NCBI GenBank assembly: GCA_947498055.1
Contig: CANMJA010000019.1
Location: 4,524-68,523 of the forward strand
Source: an uncultured Tenacibaculum sp.
Lineage (GTDB): Bacteria; Bacteroidota; Bacteroidia; Flavobacteriales; Flavobacteriaceae
Length of the DNA: 64,000 nucleotides
Direction: 5' to 3'
Shown here: positions 1-9,513 of the stretch, one piece after another
Numbering within the stretch: position 1 is the stretch's first letter
Layout of the letters: every line of letters starts with the position of its first letter
Notes under the pieces: generated by a model
What the model was told of the DNA's origin: nothing
The model's database searches: none
Seen by the model: only the letters and a program-made list of their open reading frames with translations
Made by a program: the position numbers and the translations under genes

Positions 1-2
1 AA

Positions 3-809
3 ATCAACATTGAGGCACAAGCGCAAAAAGAAGCTAGTGAAAAAGAAGCAGAAGCTCGTAAAACATTAGCGGAAGCAACTGCTAAAGAAGAAGCAACTAT
101 TGGTATGTCGGAAGCACAAGTGATGCATGCAAAAGCAGATGCTAACGAACGTCAAGGAATTGTAGAAGCTAGTATTATTGAGAAAAAAGCCAAAGCAGAA
201 GCTGCTGGTATTTTAGCTAAAGCAGAAGCTATTAAAGAAGAAGGTTTAGCAGAAGCTGCTGTTATTAAAGAAAAAGCAATTGCAGATGCGGCTGGTATTG
301 AAGAAAAAGCAGAAGCAATGAAAAAATTAGATGGTGTTGGTAAAGAACATGAAGAGTTTAAACTACGCTTAGAGAAAGAATTACAGGTAGATTTAGCGCA
401 TATTAATGTTCAGAAAGATATAGCAGATGCACAAGCTCAAGTAATTGGTGATGCATTAAAAGCTGCTAATATTGATATTGTTGGTGGTGAAACCATGTTC
501 TTCGATCAAATTATTGGTCAAATTACCAAAGCTAAAGGAGTAGATAGATTAGTACAACATAGTACTAATATTCAAGATGTAAAAGATGCTATTTTAGGTA
601 GCGATGATGTAAAAGGAAACTTACTAGGTAAAATTAAAGAGTTTGCTACACAGTATGGTATTTCTTCTGAGGATATTAAGAATTTAACGATTGCGAATCT
701 GTTAGTAGATTTAAAACAAAAAGCTGCTAATAACGAGGAACAAACTTTGTTTGGTAATCTTTTCAATCTTGCTAAAGGATTAGGGTTGTCAGATAAGAAA
801 TTATCGTAA
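3..809 (+). CDS. Flotillin/SPFH-family (YqiK-like) protein, C-terminal part; 5' end lies outside the window
   Basis: The frame is open from position 3, upstream of the track's ATG at 105. It has Ala/Glu/Lys-rich AEA coiled-coil repeats and a C-terminal 'ANIDIVGGETMFFDQI' segment typical of bacterial flotillins. Confidence 0.75.
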   Translation: MNIEAQAQKEASEKEAEARKTLAEATAKEEATIGMSEAQVMHAKADANERQGIVEASIIEKKAKAEAAGILAKAEAIKEEGLAEAAVIKEKAIADAAGIEEKAEAMKKLDGVGKEHEEFKLRLEKELQVDLAHINVQKDIADAQAQVIGDALKAANIDIVGGETMFFDQIIGQITKAKGVDRLVQHSTNIQDVKDAILGSDDVKGNLLGKIKEFATQYGISSEDIKNLTIANLLVDLKQKAANNEEQTLFGNLFNLAKGLGLSDKKLS

Positions 810-848
810 TTATTTCATTTGAATATTTGAAAGAATAATAATTACAAA

Positions 849-1563
849 ATGTCGGTTCAAGTGGTTTTTATGAAGTGTAACGGAATAAAAAATTGTATCG
901 AGAAAAATTCATAACAACGAAAACTTCTCGATAAAAAATTATTTTCCATTGCATTACAAATATTTTCACTCGAATTGATAAATAAAAACAAAAATGTCGG
1001 TTCGAGTAGTTTTTATGAAGTGTAACGGAATAAAAATTGTATCGAGAACAGTTCACAACAAACGAAGACTTCTCGATAAAAAATTATTTTTCATTGCATT
1101 ACAAATATTTTCACTCGAAGTGATAAATAAAAACAAAAATGTCAGTTCGAGTGGTTTTTATGAAGTGCCAACGGAATAAAAATTGTATCGAGAACAGTTC
1201 ACAACAAACGAAGACTTCTCGATAAAAAATTATTTTTCATTGCATTACAAATATTTTCACTCGAAGTGATAAATAAAAACAAAAATGTCAGTTCGAGTGG
1301 TTTTTATGAAGTGCCAACGGAATAAAAATTGTATCGAGAACAATTCACAACAAACGAAGACTTCTCGATAAAAAATTATTTTTCATTGCATTACAAATAA
1401 TTTCACTCGAAGTGATAAATAAAAACAAAAATGTCAGTTCGAGTGGTTTTTATGAAGTGCCAACGGAATAAAAATTGTATCGAGAACAATTCACAACAAA
1501 CGAAGACTTCTCGATAAAAAATTATTTTTCATTGCATTACAAATAATTTCACTCGAAGTGACA
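849..1563. repeat. Five tandem ~145-bp repeat units, each bounded by ~14-bp inverted repeats (REP/MITE-like)
   Basis: Units start at 849, 994, 1139, 1285 and 1431. The ends TGTC(A/G)GTTCGAGTG ... CACTCGAAGTGA(C/T)A are inverted, and each unit has an inner TATCGAGAA/TTCTCGATA pair. The linker AATAAAAACAAAA is constant. Confidence 0.95.
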
Positions 1564-1581
1564 TTATTAAACAAATAAGTT

Positions 1582-1878
1582 ATGAAAGTGTACTATGTTT
1601 ATATATTAAAATGTTCTGATAAAACATACTATACTGGAGTAACTTCAAATTTAGAAAGACGAATAGCAGAACATTCTAATGGATTAGTTAAAGGAAGTTA
1701 CACATATTTCAGAAGACCTTTACAATTAGTTTTTTATTGTGAGTTTACGAACATAAACATTGCAATTGAAAAAGAAAAACAAATTAAAAAATGGTCTAAA
1801 GCTAAAAAAGAAGCTTTAATAAATGATAAACATGAGTTATTACCAAATTTAGCTAAGAAAAAATTTGATAAAACCTAA
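1582..1878 (+). CDS. GIY-YIG nuclease family protein (UPF0213/YhbQ-like)
   Basis: YVYILKC..YYTG.TSNLERR...H and 'AIEKEKQIKKWSKAKKEALI' motifs in a 98-aa protein. Confidence 0.9.
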   Translation: MKVYYVYILKCSDKTYYTGVTSNLERRIAEHSNGLVKGSYTYFRRPLQLVFYCEFTNINIAIEKEKQIKKWSKAKKEALINDKHELLPNLAKKKFDKT

Positions 1879-1879
1879 A

Positions 1880-2011
1880 ATGTCGGTTCGAGTGGTTTTT
1901 ATGAAGTGCAACGGAATAAAAATTGTATCGAGAACAGTTCACAACAACGATGGCTTCTCGATAAAAAAATTATTCTCCATTGCATTACAAATAATTTCAC
2001 TCAAAGTGACA
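1880..2011. repeat. Sixth copy of the repeat unit, immediately after the GIY-YIG stop codon
   Basis: ATGTCGGTTCGAGTGG...CACTCAAAGTGACA; colinear with the 849-1563 units. Confidence 0.95.
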
Positions 2012-2022
2012 AATAAAAATAT

Positions 2023-5000
2023 ATGGAAAACCAAAACACACAACAATTAGACGGAGGTACTTATGAAATCATTCAAGGTAGATTGCAAAAGCAAAAGCAA
2101 GAACTACAAGAACGATTGCATAAATTAAACGATGCTAGAAAACATGTTTTTGGAAGTATAGAAACCAAATTAATTGCTAACGATAGAATTAATACGGAAA
2201 ATAATTGTATTGCTAGAGATATTATTTCACTAGGAAACACTTCTATTTTTGGTTATAATGTGCACTTCGGTTTACGAACTGATATTCAATTATCGGATGT
2301 TTTTAGTATTTATGAATTTAAAGACAATCACTTTCATATTCAGTCGTTAGATGTATTAAACGATACTACTTTTATAAACGATTTCACCAATCTTTATAAA
2401 TATTATAGAAATACCATTTTTTCAAAATTCGCTGTTATTGATAACTATTTACACATGGTTTTTCAATTGAGTGAAAACATTAGCGACATTAAAACCTTTA
2501 AGTGGTTAATAAAAGAAAATACCCTTCAGTACATTGATAATCGTAGTGAACACGAATACCAATTTCCTAAACAACATGAGTTTAAATGGCAAGAAGCTAC
2601 TAGAGACATGCACCGTTATGGTACACATTCTCATATTTCTATTCTCGACAAGATTTTTGTAGAAACGATTGGTGGCGATTTAACCATTAAAATTGAAGAC
2701 AATACCGATGACGGTAAAGGAATTCTTTCTGAACCTGTAGAACAGATAGATCAAACCTTAGATGATGGTCAATTTCGATATGGAGATTTAGGTAATTTAA
2801 TAACGCTCGAAATAAAGCCTTTTCAAGAAGATCCTAGATACTTTATTTACAATCATAAATTACAAGAAGTACAACGTGTAGAAAGTATTAAAGACACCGC
2901 AGTACTACTTCCAGATGGTCATGGACTTATATTTCCTAACGGATATTACCTACAAACCGGAGAACATAAAATTTTTGAAAGCGATGTAAAAGAAGTCAAA
3001 TTTCAAAAGAAAATAAGCTCGCCTAACGGAGAAGATTTCCTGTATATTTTTTATGCAACTATTCGCGGATTGTATGTTTTAATGTCTTATAATATTATAG
3101 AACAAGAAGTAAAAACTCCTATTATTTGTAATGGTTTTACATTGCTAGAAGACGGAGAATTATGTTATTTCCGTACAGAAGATGAGCAAACCAAACATCA
3201 TGTGGTACAAATATGGCAAACCCCTTATTTAAAAGGTTCTTTTATACCATCGCAACACACAGATAGTTTATTGTATAAAATAGGAAATAAAGATATTGTT
3301 CGTGCTATGGCAGAATGTCACGAATTAATCAACCTTTTAAATAAAGAAGATAATTATACGGGACTTTATAACGACATTGCCAAAATATCGAAAGATATTA
3401 ACGATACCTATTATTGGTTACCCGAAGAAGATACACACCAACTAAATCTTCCTGTACTTCAAATAAATGAAGCTGCAAATGCGGCTATAGATGAATTTGA
3501 AAAAGTAGTTCAACTAAAAAAACAAGCGGAAAAAGAAACCAAAGAAATCAATAAAAAATCAGAAGAACTTTTTAACAAAATTAAAAGTACTTCTTTTAAA
3601 TCTATCGACGATTTTGTTGGTTTACTAAGTCAGTTACGTAGTTTACGAGGAGAAGTTATTAGTTTACATGATATTCGATACATTCAACAAGAACACTTAA
3701 CTGCTTTAGAAGAACAAGTAACAGAACAAAATACCTTAATTTCTAAACGATGTGTTCAATTTTTATTGAATGACAAAGCATTAGCGCCTTATCACGAACG
3801 TGTTGCAGAAAAACAGAAAGAGTTACCAGCTATAAAAAAGGTAATAGATGCAAAAGCTTTAGAAAAAGAAGTAATACAAATTACTACCGATTTAGAAATG
3901 CTAATAGATATTGTGTCTAACCTTGAAATTGAAGACACTTCTCAATCTACCAAAATCATTGATAACATTTCTTTAATTTTTGCAACCTTAAATCAATTAA
4001 AAGCAGGCATTAAAAATGCTATTAAAAGCTTAGGAAGTACCGAAGCAAAAGCGGACTTTATTGCACAATTAAAATTGATAGATCAAAGTATTATCAATTA
4101 TATAGACATGGCTACTACGCCAGAAAAATGTGATGAATTTCTTACTAAAACCGCTATTCAATTAGAAGAATTAGAAGGAAAATTTGCAGATTTTGAAGAA
4201 TTTATTGTGCAAATTATTGAAAAGCGAGAAGAAATTCACAGTGCTTTCGATACTCGTAAAAACAACTTAGTTGAAAAACGAAATAAAAAAGCAGTTGCAC
4301 TACAAACTGCTTCTGAACGTATTTTAAAAGGCGTTGCTAAAAAGGCACAAACTTTTGATAGTATTGAAGATATTAACGGCTATTTTGCTGCCGATTTAAT
4401 GATTAATAAGGTTAGAGACATTATTAATCAATTAAAAGAATTAGACGATGCTGGAAAAGCAGAAGCTATTGAAACGCAATTAAAAGTTGCCAAAGAAGAT
4501 GCTTTACGTAAACTAAAAGACAAGCAAGATTTATATGAAGATGGTGAGAATGTTATTAAATTTGGCAAACATAAATTTGGTGTAAATAAACAAGTGTTAG
4601 ATTTAACGATTGTTTATAAAAATGAAGAGTTAAATTACCATTTAACAGGTACCGATTTTTACGAAACTATTCATAATGAAACACTTTTACAATCTAAAAA
4701 ATACTGGAACCAAGAATTAGTTTCTGAAAACAACCTTGTATATCGTTCTGCTTATTTAGCCTATACCATTTTCAAAAATAATTCTGTTGATACCCTTCTT
4801 AACTTTACTGAAAAAGAGCTGTTACAATTCGTACAAAAAGAAAGTAGTAATTTATATTCTGAAGGATATGTTAAAGGAGTACATGATGTAGATGCTAGTA
4901 TTATTTTACACACTTTAGTTCACAAACATCATGAATTAGGAATACTTACCTATTCTCCTACTACACGAGCTTATGCACAGTATTTTTGGAATGCTCTTAC

Positions 5001-6876
5001 TAAGGAAGAACAAGATAATTTAAACACCAATATAAAAGCTTCTGGAGAAGTATTAAGTGTTTTTCCAGATAGTAAAACCTTTACTTTTATCATAGATAAT
5101 TTAACAAAATTAACTACCAATTTTGCTAATGAATCTTATTTGTTTTCAGAAGAAAACACCAATGAAATAGCTAATTATTTATTTAAAGAATTACAACATA
5201 ACAATACCTTTCAAATAAGTACCGATGCTTTTACTTTAAAGGAAGAATTTACAAAAGCATTAAAAAAACAAGATGCTTTACATAAGTTTAAAAAAGGCAT
5301 TGAAAAAGTAGAGAACTATGTAGATAAAATTCATTTAGTAAAACAATGGGTTTCTTCTTTTTTAACGCATAAAGAAGCTATTTATGCATCTTATGAAGAT
5401 GAAATTGTATGTACTTTATTATTTGAACACGAAGCAACTTCAAAAATAAAAGCAGTGCATCCTGTAGAAACTATTAAAAATTTAAAAGGAACACATGCAA
5501 CTATTATTGATGGAACATACGAATTTAATTACCACAATTTCATAGGAAAGCTACAACAATTTAGCACTGTAGAAGTTCCTAATTTTATTACCTATAAAGA
5601 AACCAAACAGCAAGTTACCGAAGAACTTAAAGAAGACTTAAAACTAGAAGAATTTAAACCTAGAGTACTTTCTTCTTTTGTAAGAAATAAACTAATAGAT
5701 CAGGTATATTTTCCTTTAATCGGAGACAATTTAGCCAAACAATTAGGTACTGTTGGCGATAATAAACGTACCGACAGAATGGGAATGCTTTTATTAATTT
5801 CTCCTCCTGGATATGGTAAAACTACCTTAATGGAATACATATCGAATCGTTTAGGTTTGGTATTTATGAAAATTAATGGTCCAGCAATTGGTCACGAAGT
5901 TACTTCTGTAGATCCAATGGCGGCAAATAACTCTGCTTCTAGAGAAGAGTTAAAGAAACTAAATTTAGCTTTTGAAATGGGAGACAATGTCATGTTATAT
6001 TTAGACGATATACAACATTGTAATCCTGAGTTTTTACAAAAATTCATCTCTCTTTCTGATGGTACCAGAAAAATTGAAGGAGTGTATAATGGAAAATCAA
6101 AAACCTATGATTTACGCGGAAAGAAATTCTGTGTTATTATGGCAGGAAATCCATATACTGAAAGCGGAGATCGTTTTCAAATTCCAGATATGTTAGCCAA
6201 TAGGGCAGATATTTACAATTTAGGAGATATTATTGGTGATACCGCACACTTATTTAAATTGAGTTTAATTGAAAACGCCTTAACTTCTAATCCGGTTTTA
6301 CACCAATTAAGTAGTAAGTATTTTGAAGATGTATATGCTTTAGTAGACAAAGTAGAAAATAATACTGCGGAAGTTACTTTAAAAGGAAATCATACCAAAC
6401 AAGAAATTCAAGATTACACAGCCATTTTAGAAAAAGTGATTACGGTTAGAGATACGATTATAAAGGTGAATCAAGCTTATATAAATTCTGCTGCCATGGA
6501 AGATGATTATCGTATTGAACCTTCTTTTAAGCTACAAGGTTCGTATCGTGATATGAATAAATTAGTTGCCAAGATTGTTCCTATTATGAACGATGAAGAA
6601 TTAGATCGTTTGTTATTATCTCATTATGAAAGTGAATCGCAAACCCTTACTTCTGCCGCAGAAGCCAATCTTTTAAAGTATAAAGAACTGATTGAAAATT
6701 TATCGGAAGAAGAGATTTCTAGATGGACAACCATTAAAGAAACTTTTTTGAAAAACAATAAACTAAAAGGTTTTGGAGATAAGAATGAAATGGCACAGAT
6801 ATTAAGTCAGATGATGGCTTTTTCAGATAATTTAGAAGGGATTAAAAATGCTTTACAAAAAGGATTGGAGAAGTAA
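2023..6876 (+). CDS. Large AAA-family ATPase ('DNA repair ATPase'/DUF3686-like)
   Basis: 1617 aa. Walker A SPPGYGKT (~5800-5826), Walker B MLYLDD, long coiled-coil middle. This family usually lies next to flotillin genes. Confidence 0.8.
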   Translation: MENQNTQQLDGGTYEIIQGRLQKQKQELQERLHKLNDARKHVFGSIETKLIANDRINTENNCIARDIISLGNTSIFGYNVHFGLRTDIQLSDVFSIYEFKDNHFHIQSLDVLNDTTFINDFTNLYKYYRNTIFSKFAVIDNYLHMVFQLSENISDIKTFKWLIKENTLQYIDNRSEHEYQFPKQHEFKWQEATRDMHRYGTHSHISILDKIFVETIGGDLTIKIEDNTDDGKGILSEPVEQIDQTLDDGQFRYGDLGNLITLEIKPFQEDPRYFIYNHKLQEVQRVESIKDTAVLLPDGHGLIFPNGYYLQTGEHKIFESDVKEVKFQKKISSPNGEDFLYIFYATIRGLYVLMSYNIIEQEVKTPIICNGFTLLEDGELCYFRTEDEQTKHHVVQIWQTPYLKGSFIPSQHTDSLLYKIGNKDIVRAMAECHELINLLNKEDNYTGLYNDIAKISKDINDTYYWLPEEDTHQLNLPVLQINEAANAAIDEFEKVVQLKKQAEKETKEINKKSEELFNKIKSTSFKSIDDFVGLLSQLRSLRGEVISLHDIRYIQQEHLTALEEQVTEQNTLISKRCVQFLLNDKALAPYHERVAEKQKELPAIKKVIDAKALEKEVIQITTDLEMLIDIVSNLEIEDTSQSTKIIDNISLIFATLNQLKAGIKNAIKSLGSTEAKADFIAQLKLIDQSIINYIDMATTPEKCDEFLTKTAIQLEELEGKFADFEEFIVQIIEKREEIHSAFDTRKNNLVEKRNKKAVALQTASERILKGVAKKAQTFDSIEDINGYFAADLMINKVRDIINQLKELDDAGKAEAIETQLKVAKEDALRKLKDKQDLYEDGENVIKFGKHKFGVNKQVLDLTIVYKNEELNYHLTGTDFYETIHNETLLQSKKYWNQELVSENNLVYRSAYLAYTIFKNNSVDTLLNFTEKELLQFVQKESSNLYSEGYVKGVHDVDASIILHTLVHKHHELGILTYSPTTRAYAQYFWNALTKEEQDNLNTNIKASGEVLSVFPDSKTFTFIIDNLTKLTTNFANESYLFSEENTNEIANYLFKELQHNNTFQISTDAFTLKEEFTKALKKQDALHKFKKGIEKVENYVDKIHLVKQWVSSFLTHKEAIYASYEDEIVCTLLFEHEATSKIKAVHPVETIKNLKGTHATIIDGTYEFNYHNFIGKLQQFSTVEVPNFITYKETKQQVTEELKEDLKLEEFKPRVLSSFVRNKLIDQVYFPLIGDNLAKQLGTVGDNKRTDRMGMLLLISPPGYGKTTLMEYISNRLGLVFMKINGPAIGHEVTSVDPMAANNSASREELKKLNLAFEMGDNVMLYLDDIQHCNPEFLQKFISLSDGTRKIEGVYNGKSKTYDLRGKKFCVIMAGNPYTESGDRFQIPDMLANRADIYNLGDIIGDTAHLFKLSLIENALTSNPVLHQLSSKYFEDVYALVDKVENNTAEVTLKGNHTKQEIQDYTAILEKVITVRDTIIKVNQAYINSAAMEDDYRIEPSFKLQGSYRDMNKLVAKIVPIMNDEELDRLLLSHYESESQTLTSAAEANLLKYKELIENLSEEEISRWTTIKETFLKNNKLKGFGDKNEMAQILSQMMAFSDNLEGIKNALQKGLEK

Positions 6877-6991
6877 TCTAATTACGATCTAAAATTTATT
6901 TTACATGATATATTAATCAAGGGGTTTAAACCTAGGAGTAGTCGAAAAAAAACAACATGTTGTTTTTAATATACTTATTAATGTAAAAGGA

Positions 6992-7424
6992 TGTCAGTTC
7001 GAGACCCCCAACAAAAAATTTGTGAAACGGCTGTAATGATATAAAATAAGATACTACTATTTTAATTAAAAAGTAAAAATAGGATTATGACTCGACTTAT
7101 TGCTAAAAATTTTGAAAATCAAGGCAGCAGCGTTGGCATAGAGATAAAAAGCTGTTTGAGCGGCAGCGAGTTCTTTTTATCTGTGGCTGGTGGTGCCGTA
7201 GCATTTTTTAAATTTTTAGCATCGGTCTTGATTTTTGCTTCTTTGCATCAAGGCAAAGAAGATAGGAATTACGATTTTTTAAGTGATTGAAAAATAAATA
7301 AAAAGATGTCAATGTAGTAAAATTATTCGTAATAAAATGAAGAATAGTTTTCGAGAATCTTATTTTCGTTTTGTAATTATCGCTTCTCGATACAATTTTC
7401 TACCGAAAATCACTCGAAGTGACA
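6992..7424. repeat. Expanded member of the 849-2011 repeat family (same terminal inverted repeats)
   Basis: Left end TGTCAGTTCGAG at 6992; right end ...TTCTCGATACAATTT...CACTCGAAGTGACA ending at 7424. Confidence 0.7.
7101..7261 (+). ncRNA. Putative structured RNA or repeat element with nested stems and a 3' pseudoknot
   Basis: Perfect pairings 7101-7112/7210-7221, 7142-7151/7173-7182 and 7238-7246/7253-7261. The loop 7247-7252 is complementary to 7227-7232. GC-rich relative to the flanks. The strand is a guess. Confidence 0.4.
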
Positions 7425-7584
7425 ATTACAAGATTGTAAACAATACAAAATAAATATATTAACTCTAAAATAAATTTTCCGACTACCCTTGGGTTTCCCC
7501 CCCTTGTTTAAATACGAAATTTTAATCATGAAAATCATATAAAATATCTTATAACAAGTAAATCATTTAAACAATCACCAAGCT

Positions 7585-8688
7585 ATGAAAAAGACAACGC
7601 TATGTTTATCATTAATTATACTTCTATTATTCATAACATTAACAAGCTATAAAACCAAGGTAAACACAAGTAGTTTACTTGGGATTTGGGTTTTAGAATA
7701 TAAAGTTAATAACAACTATAAAGAAAAAAAGCCACTTATTCTTGACTTTCAAAAAAACAATATATTAACAATAAAAATATATGGAGTTAAAGATACTACG
7801 TTGTATAAAAAGTGGTTTTTAAAATCAGATTCTATACTTATTATTGATGACTTAGACTGTAAAATAGGTAAACTAGAAAAAAACAAATTAAAACTTATAG
7901 ATTATAATAAAACAGATACATCACGGTATCATTTTAAAAGACCTAAAAAAATAAACTTACAGCAAAATAAAAAACAAATTGAAAGTATTTTATTATCCAA
8001 TGTTTGGAAAAAAAAGAACCTTTTAAATCATGAAAGAATAGTTTATTATGAATATTTCGATAATAAATCAATGATTTATAAAAATAACATTAACGACTCA
8101 CTAAATAACTTACAAATAGAAAACTGGGGGTTAACTGAATATAAAAATTATTATTTTTTATATCATTATACAAAAATGACTCCTGATGGTGGAAGCTGGG
8201 AACACATAAACCAAATATTAACAATTAACTCTAACTCTTTTTCTCTTTCTAGTGCTGAATATCAAACTTACGATAGTATTTTCTACACTGTAAACAATTA
8301 CAAAAAAGAGACTTATCAACAAATTTTGGGTAATTGGAGAAGTAAAAATTCAAAAGATAAATTTTATGGAGATTATCTTAACCATATCAATAATCTCGTT
8401 TTTTTTGATGGTGAATTGGAATTTAATATCACAAAAGAAAAACTTGTTTGCAAAATGGATGCATTAAAAAAGAGTTATAATTGGATTCTTGGAAAAGATG
8501 GGAAAACATTAATTTTAACATATAAAGATGACTTAGGCATGGATATTTTTATTAGATACGCCGATATTATTGAACTCTCTGAAAGTAAATTAAAACTACA
8601 TTTATTTGGAAATAGGTTTTCAACAGGGGTAGAAACCCCACGTACTTATGTTGTAAATAAAATTCAAGAATTCAAAAGAACGGAATAA
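7585..8688 (+). CDS. Secreted hypothetical protein with lipocalin-like repeats
   Basis: N-terminal hydrophobic signal; repeated 'LLGIW', 'LSNVW' and 'ILGNW' starts typical of lipocalin-like barrels. Confidence 0.55.
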   Translation: MKKTTLCLSLIILLLFITLTSYKTKVNTSSLLGIWVLEYKVNNNYKEKKPLILDFQKNNILTIKIYGVKDTTLYKKWFLKSDSILIIDDLDCKIGKLEKNKLKLIDYNKTDTSRYHFKRPKKINLQQNKKQIESILLSNVWKKKNLLNHERIVYYEYFDNKSMIYKNNINDSLNNLQIENWGLTEYKNYYFLYHYTKMTPDGGSWEHINQILTINSNSFSLSSAEYQTYDSIFYTVNNYKKETYQQILGNWRSKNSKDKFYGDYLNHINNLVFFDGELEFNITKEKLVCKMDALKKSYNWILGKDGKTLILTYKDDLGMDIFIRYADIIELSESKLKLHLFGNRFSTGVETPRTYVVNKIQEFKRTE

Positions 8689-8757
8689 AAGTATTCAATA
8701 AAAGAGTTCAAAATACATGATTAAATTAATATCTATCTTTCAAAAAATTTATTTTAA

Positions 8758-8789
8758 AGACCCACAGGTTTTAAAAACCTGTGGGGTCT
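8758..8789. repeat. REP-like palindrome / bidirectional terminator
   Basis: AGACCCACAGGTTTTAAAAACCTGTGGGGTCT is a near-perfect inverted repeat in an intergenic position. Confidence 0.65.
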
Positions 8790-8829
8790 AAGCGCTAAAC
8801 ATTTGTCATTTATTTAACAAGAGTTAATC

Positions 8830-8837
8830 TATTTTTG
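8830..8837 (+). promoter_or_regulatory. Bacteroidota sigma-A -7 element
   Basis: TATTTTTG fits TAnnTTTG and lies ~30 nt upstream of the ATG at 8866. Confidence 0.4.
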
Positions 8838-8865
8838 TCATATTCTATACAAACTATTAAAAAAC

Positions 8866-9369
8866 ATGATTCTAGCATTCGATACGTACTATTATGAAGA
8901 CAAAGCAAGAACTATTGCTTTGCAATTTGAAAATTGGCAAGACTTAGAAGAATCTCAAGTTTTTGACGAAACATTATCTGGTATTAACGAGTATGTTTCT
9001 GGTGAATTCTATAAACGAGAATTGCCTTGTATTTTAAGCTTACTAAAACAAATAGATTTAACCCATTGTGAAGCAATAATTGTAGACGGATTTGTTGTTT
9101 TAGATGATGAAGGTAAACTTGGACTTGGTGGTTATTTATACAAAGCTTTAAACTCTAAAATTCCGATTATTGGAGTCGCTAAAAATAATTTTTCTAAAAT
9201 AGAGAAACTTAAAGAACCTGTTTTACGAGGTGAAAGTAAAAAACCTTTATATGTTACTGCTATGGGTATTGATTTAGAATTTGCCGCTAAAAAAATAAGA
9301 GAAATGAGTGGTGAATATCGATTTCCTAATATTTTAAAACGAGTAGATTCTTTTGGTAGAGACCTTTAA
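8866..9369 (+). CDS. Endonuclease V family protein
   Basis: AFD..Y, ELPCIL, IIVDG, GLG and IGVAK motifs of EndoV. Confidence 0.8.
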   Translation: MILAFDTYYYEDKARTIALQFENWQDLEESQVFDETLSGINEYVSGEFYKRELPCILSLLKQIDLTHCEAIIVDGFVVLDDEGKLGLGGYLYKALNSKIPIIGVAKNNFSKIEKLKEPVLRGESKKPLYVTAMGIDLEFAAKKIREMSGEYRFPNILKRVDSFGRDL

Positions 9370-9513
9370 TTAATTGTCTTTTTTTAATTGTAAATTTTCT
9401 GAGAAATTCATTTTCAAAAAAAAACGCACTAAATTCAAAATCTGTGCTATCAAATTCAATAATTAACAACCATTAACTTATTATCTAGCTTAAATTAGTA
9501 GTAAAAACACCAA

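Larger units (their letters stand above)
6913..7511. mobile_element. MITE-like segment bounded by 37-bp imperfect inverted repeats
   Basis: 6913-6949 TTAATCAAGGGGTTTAAACCTAGGAGTAGTCGAAAAA matches the reverse complement of 7475-7511, TTAAACAAGGGGGGGAAACCCAAGGGTAGTCGGAAAA, at 29/37 positions by hand alignment. No transposase inside. Confidence 0.55.

Noticed and set aside
849-1563. CRISPR array
   Set aside because: The whole 145-bp unit is repeated, with no unique spacers; no cas genes in the window.
868-2050. Small ORFs 868-1056, 994-1179 and 1865-2050
   Set aside because: They are by-products of the repeat unit (MSVRVVFMKC recurs); frames differ between copies.
7087-7290. 67-aa ORF
   Set aside because: It coincides with the structured repeat segment and has no protein-like motif; the base pairing explains the sequence better.
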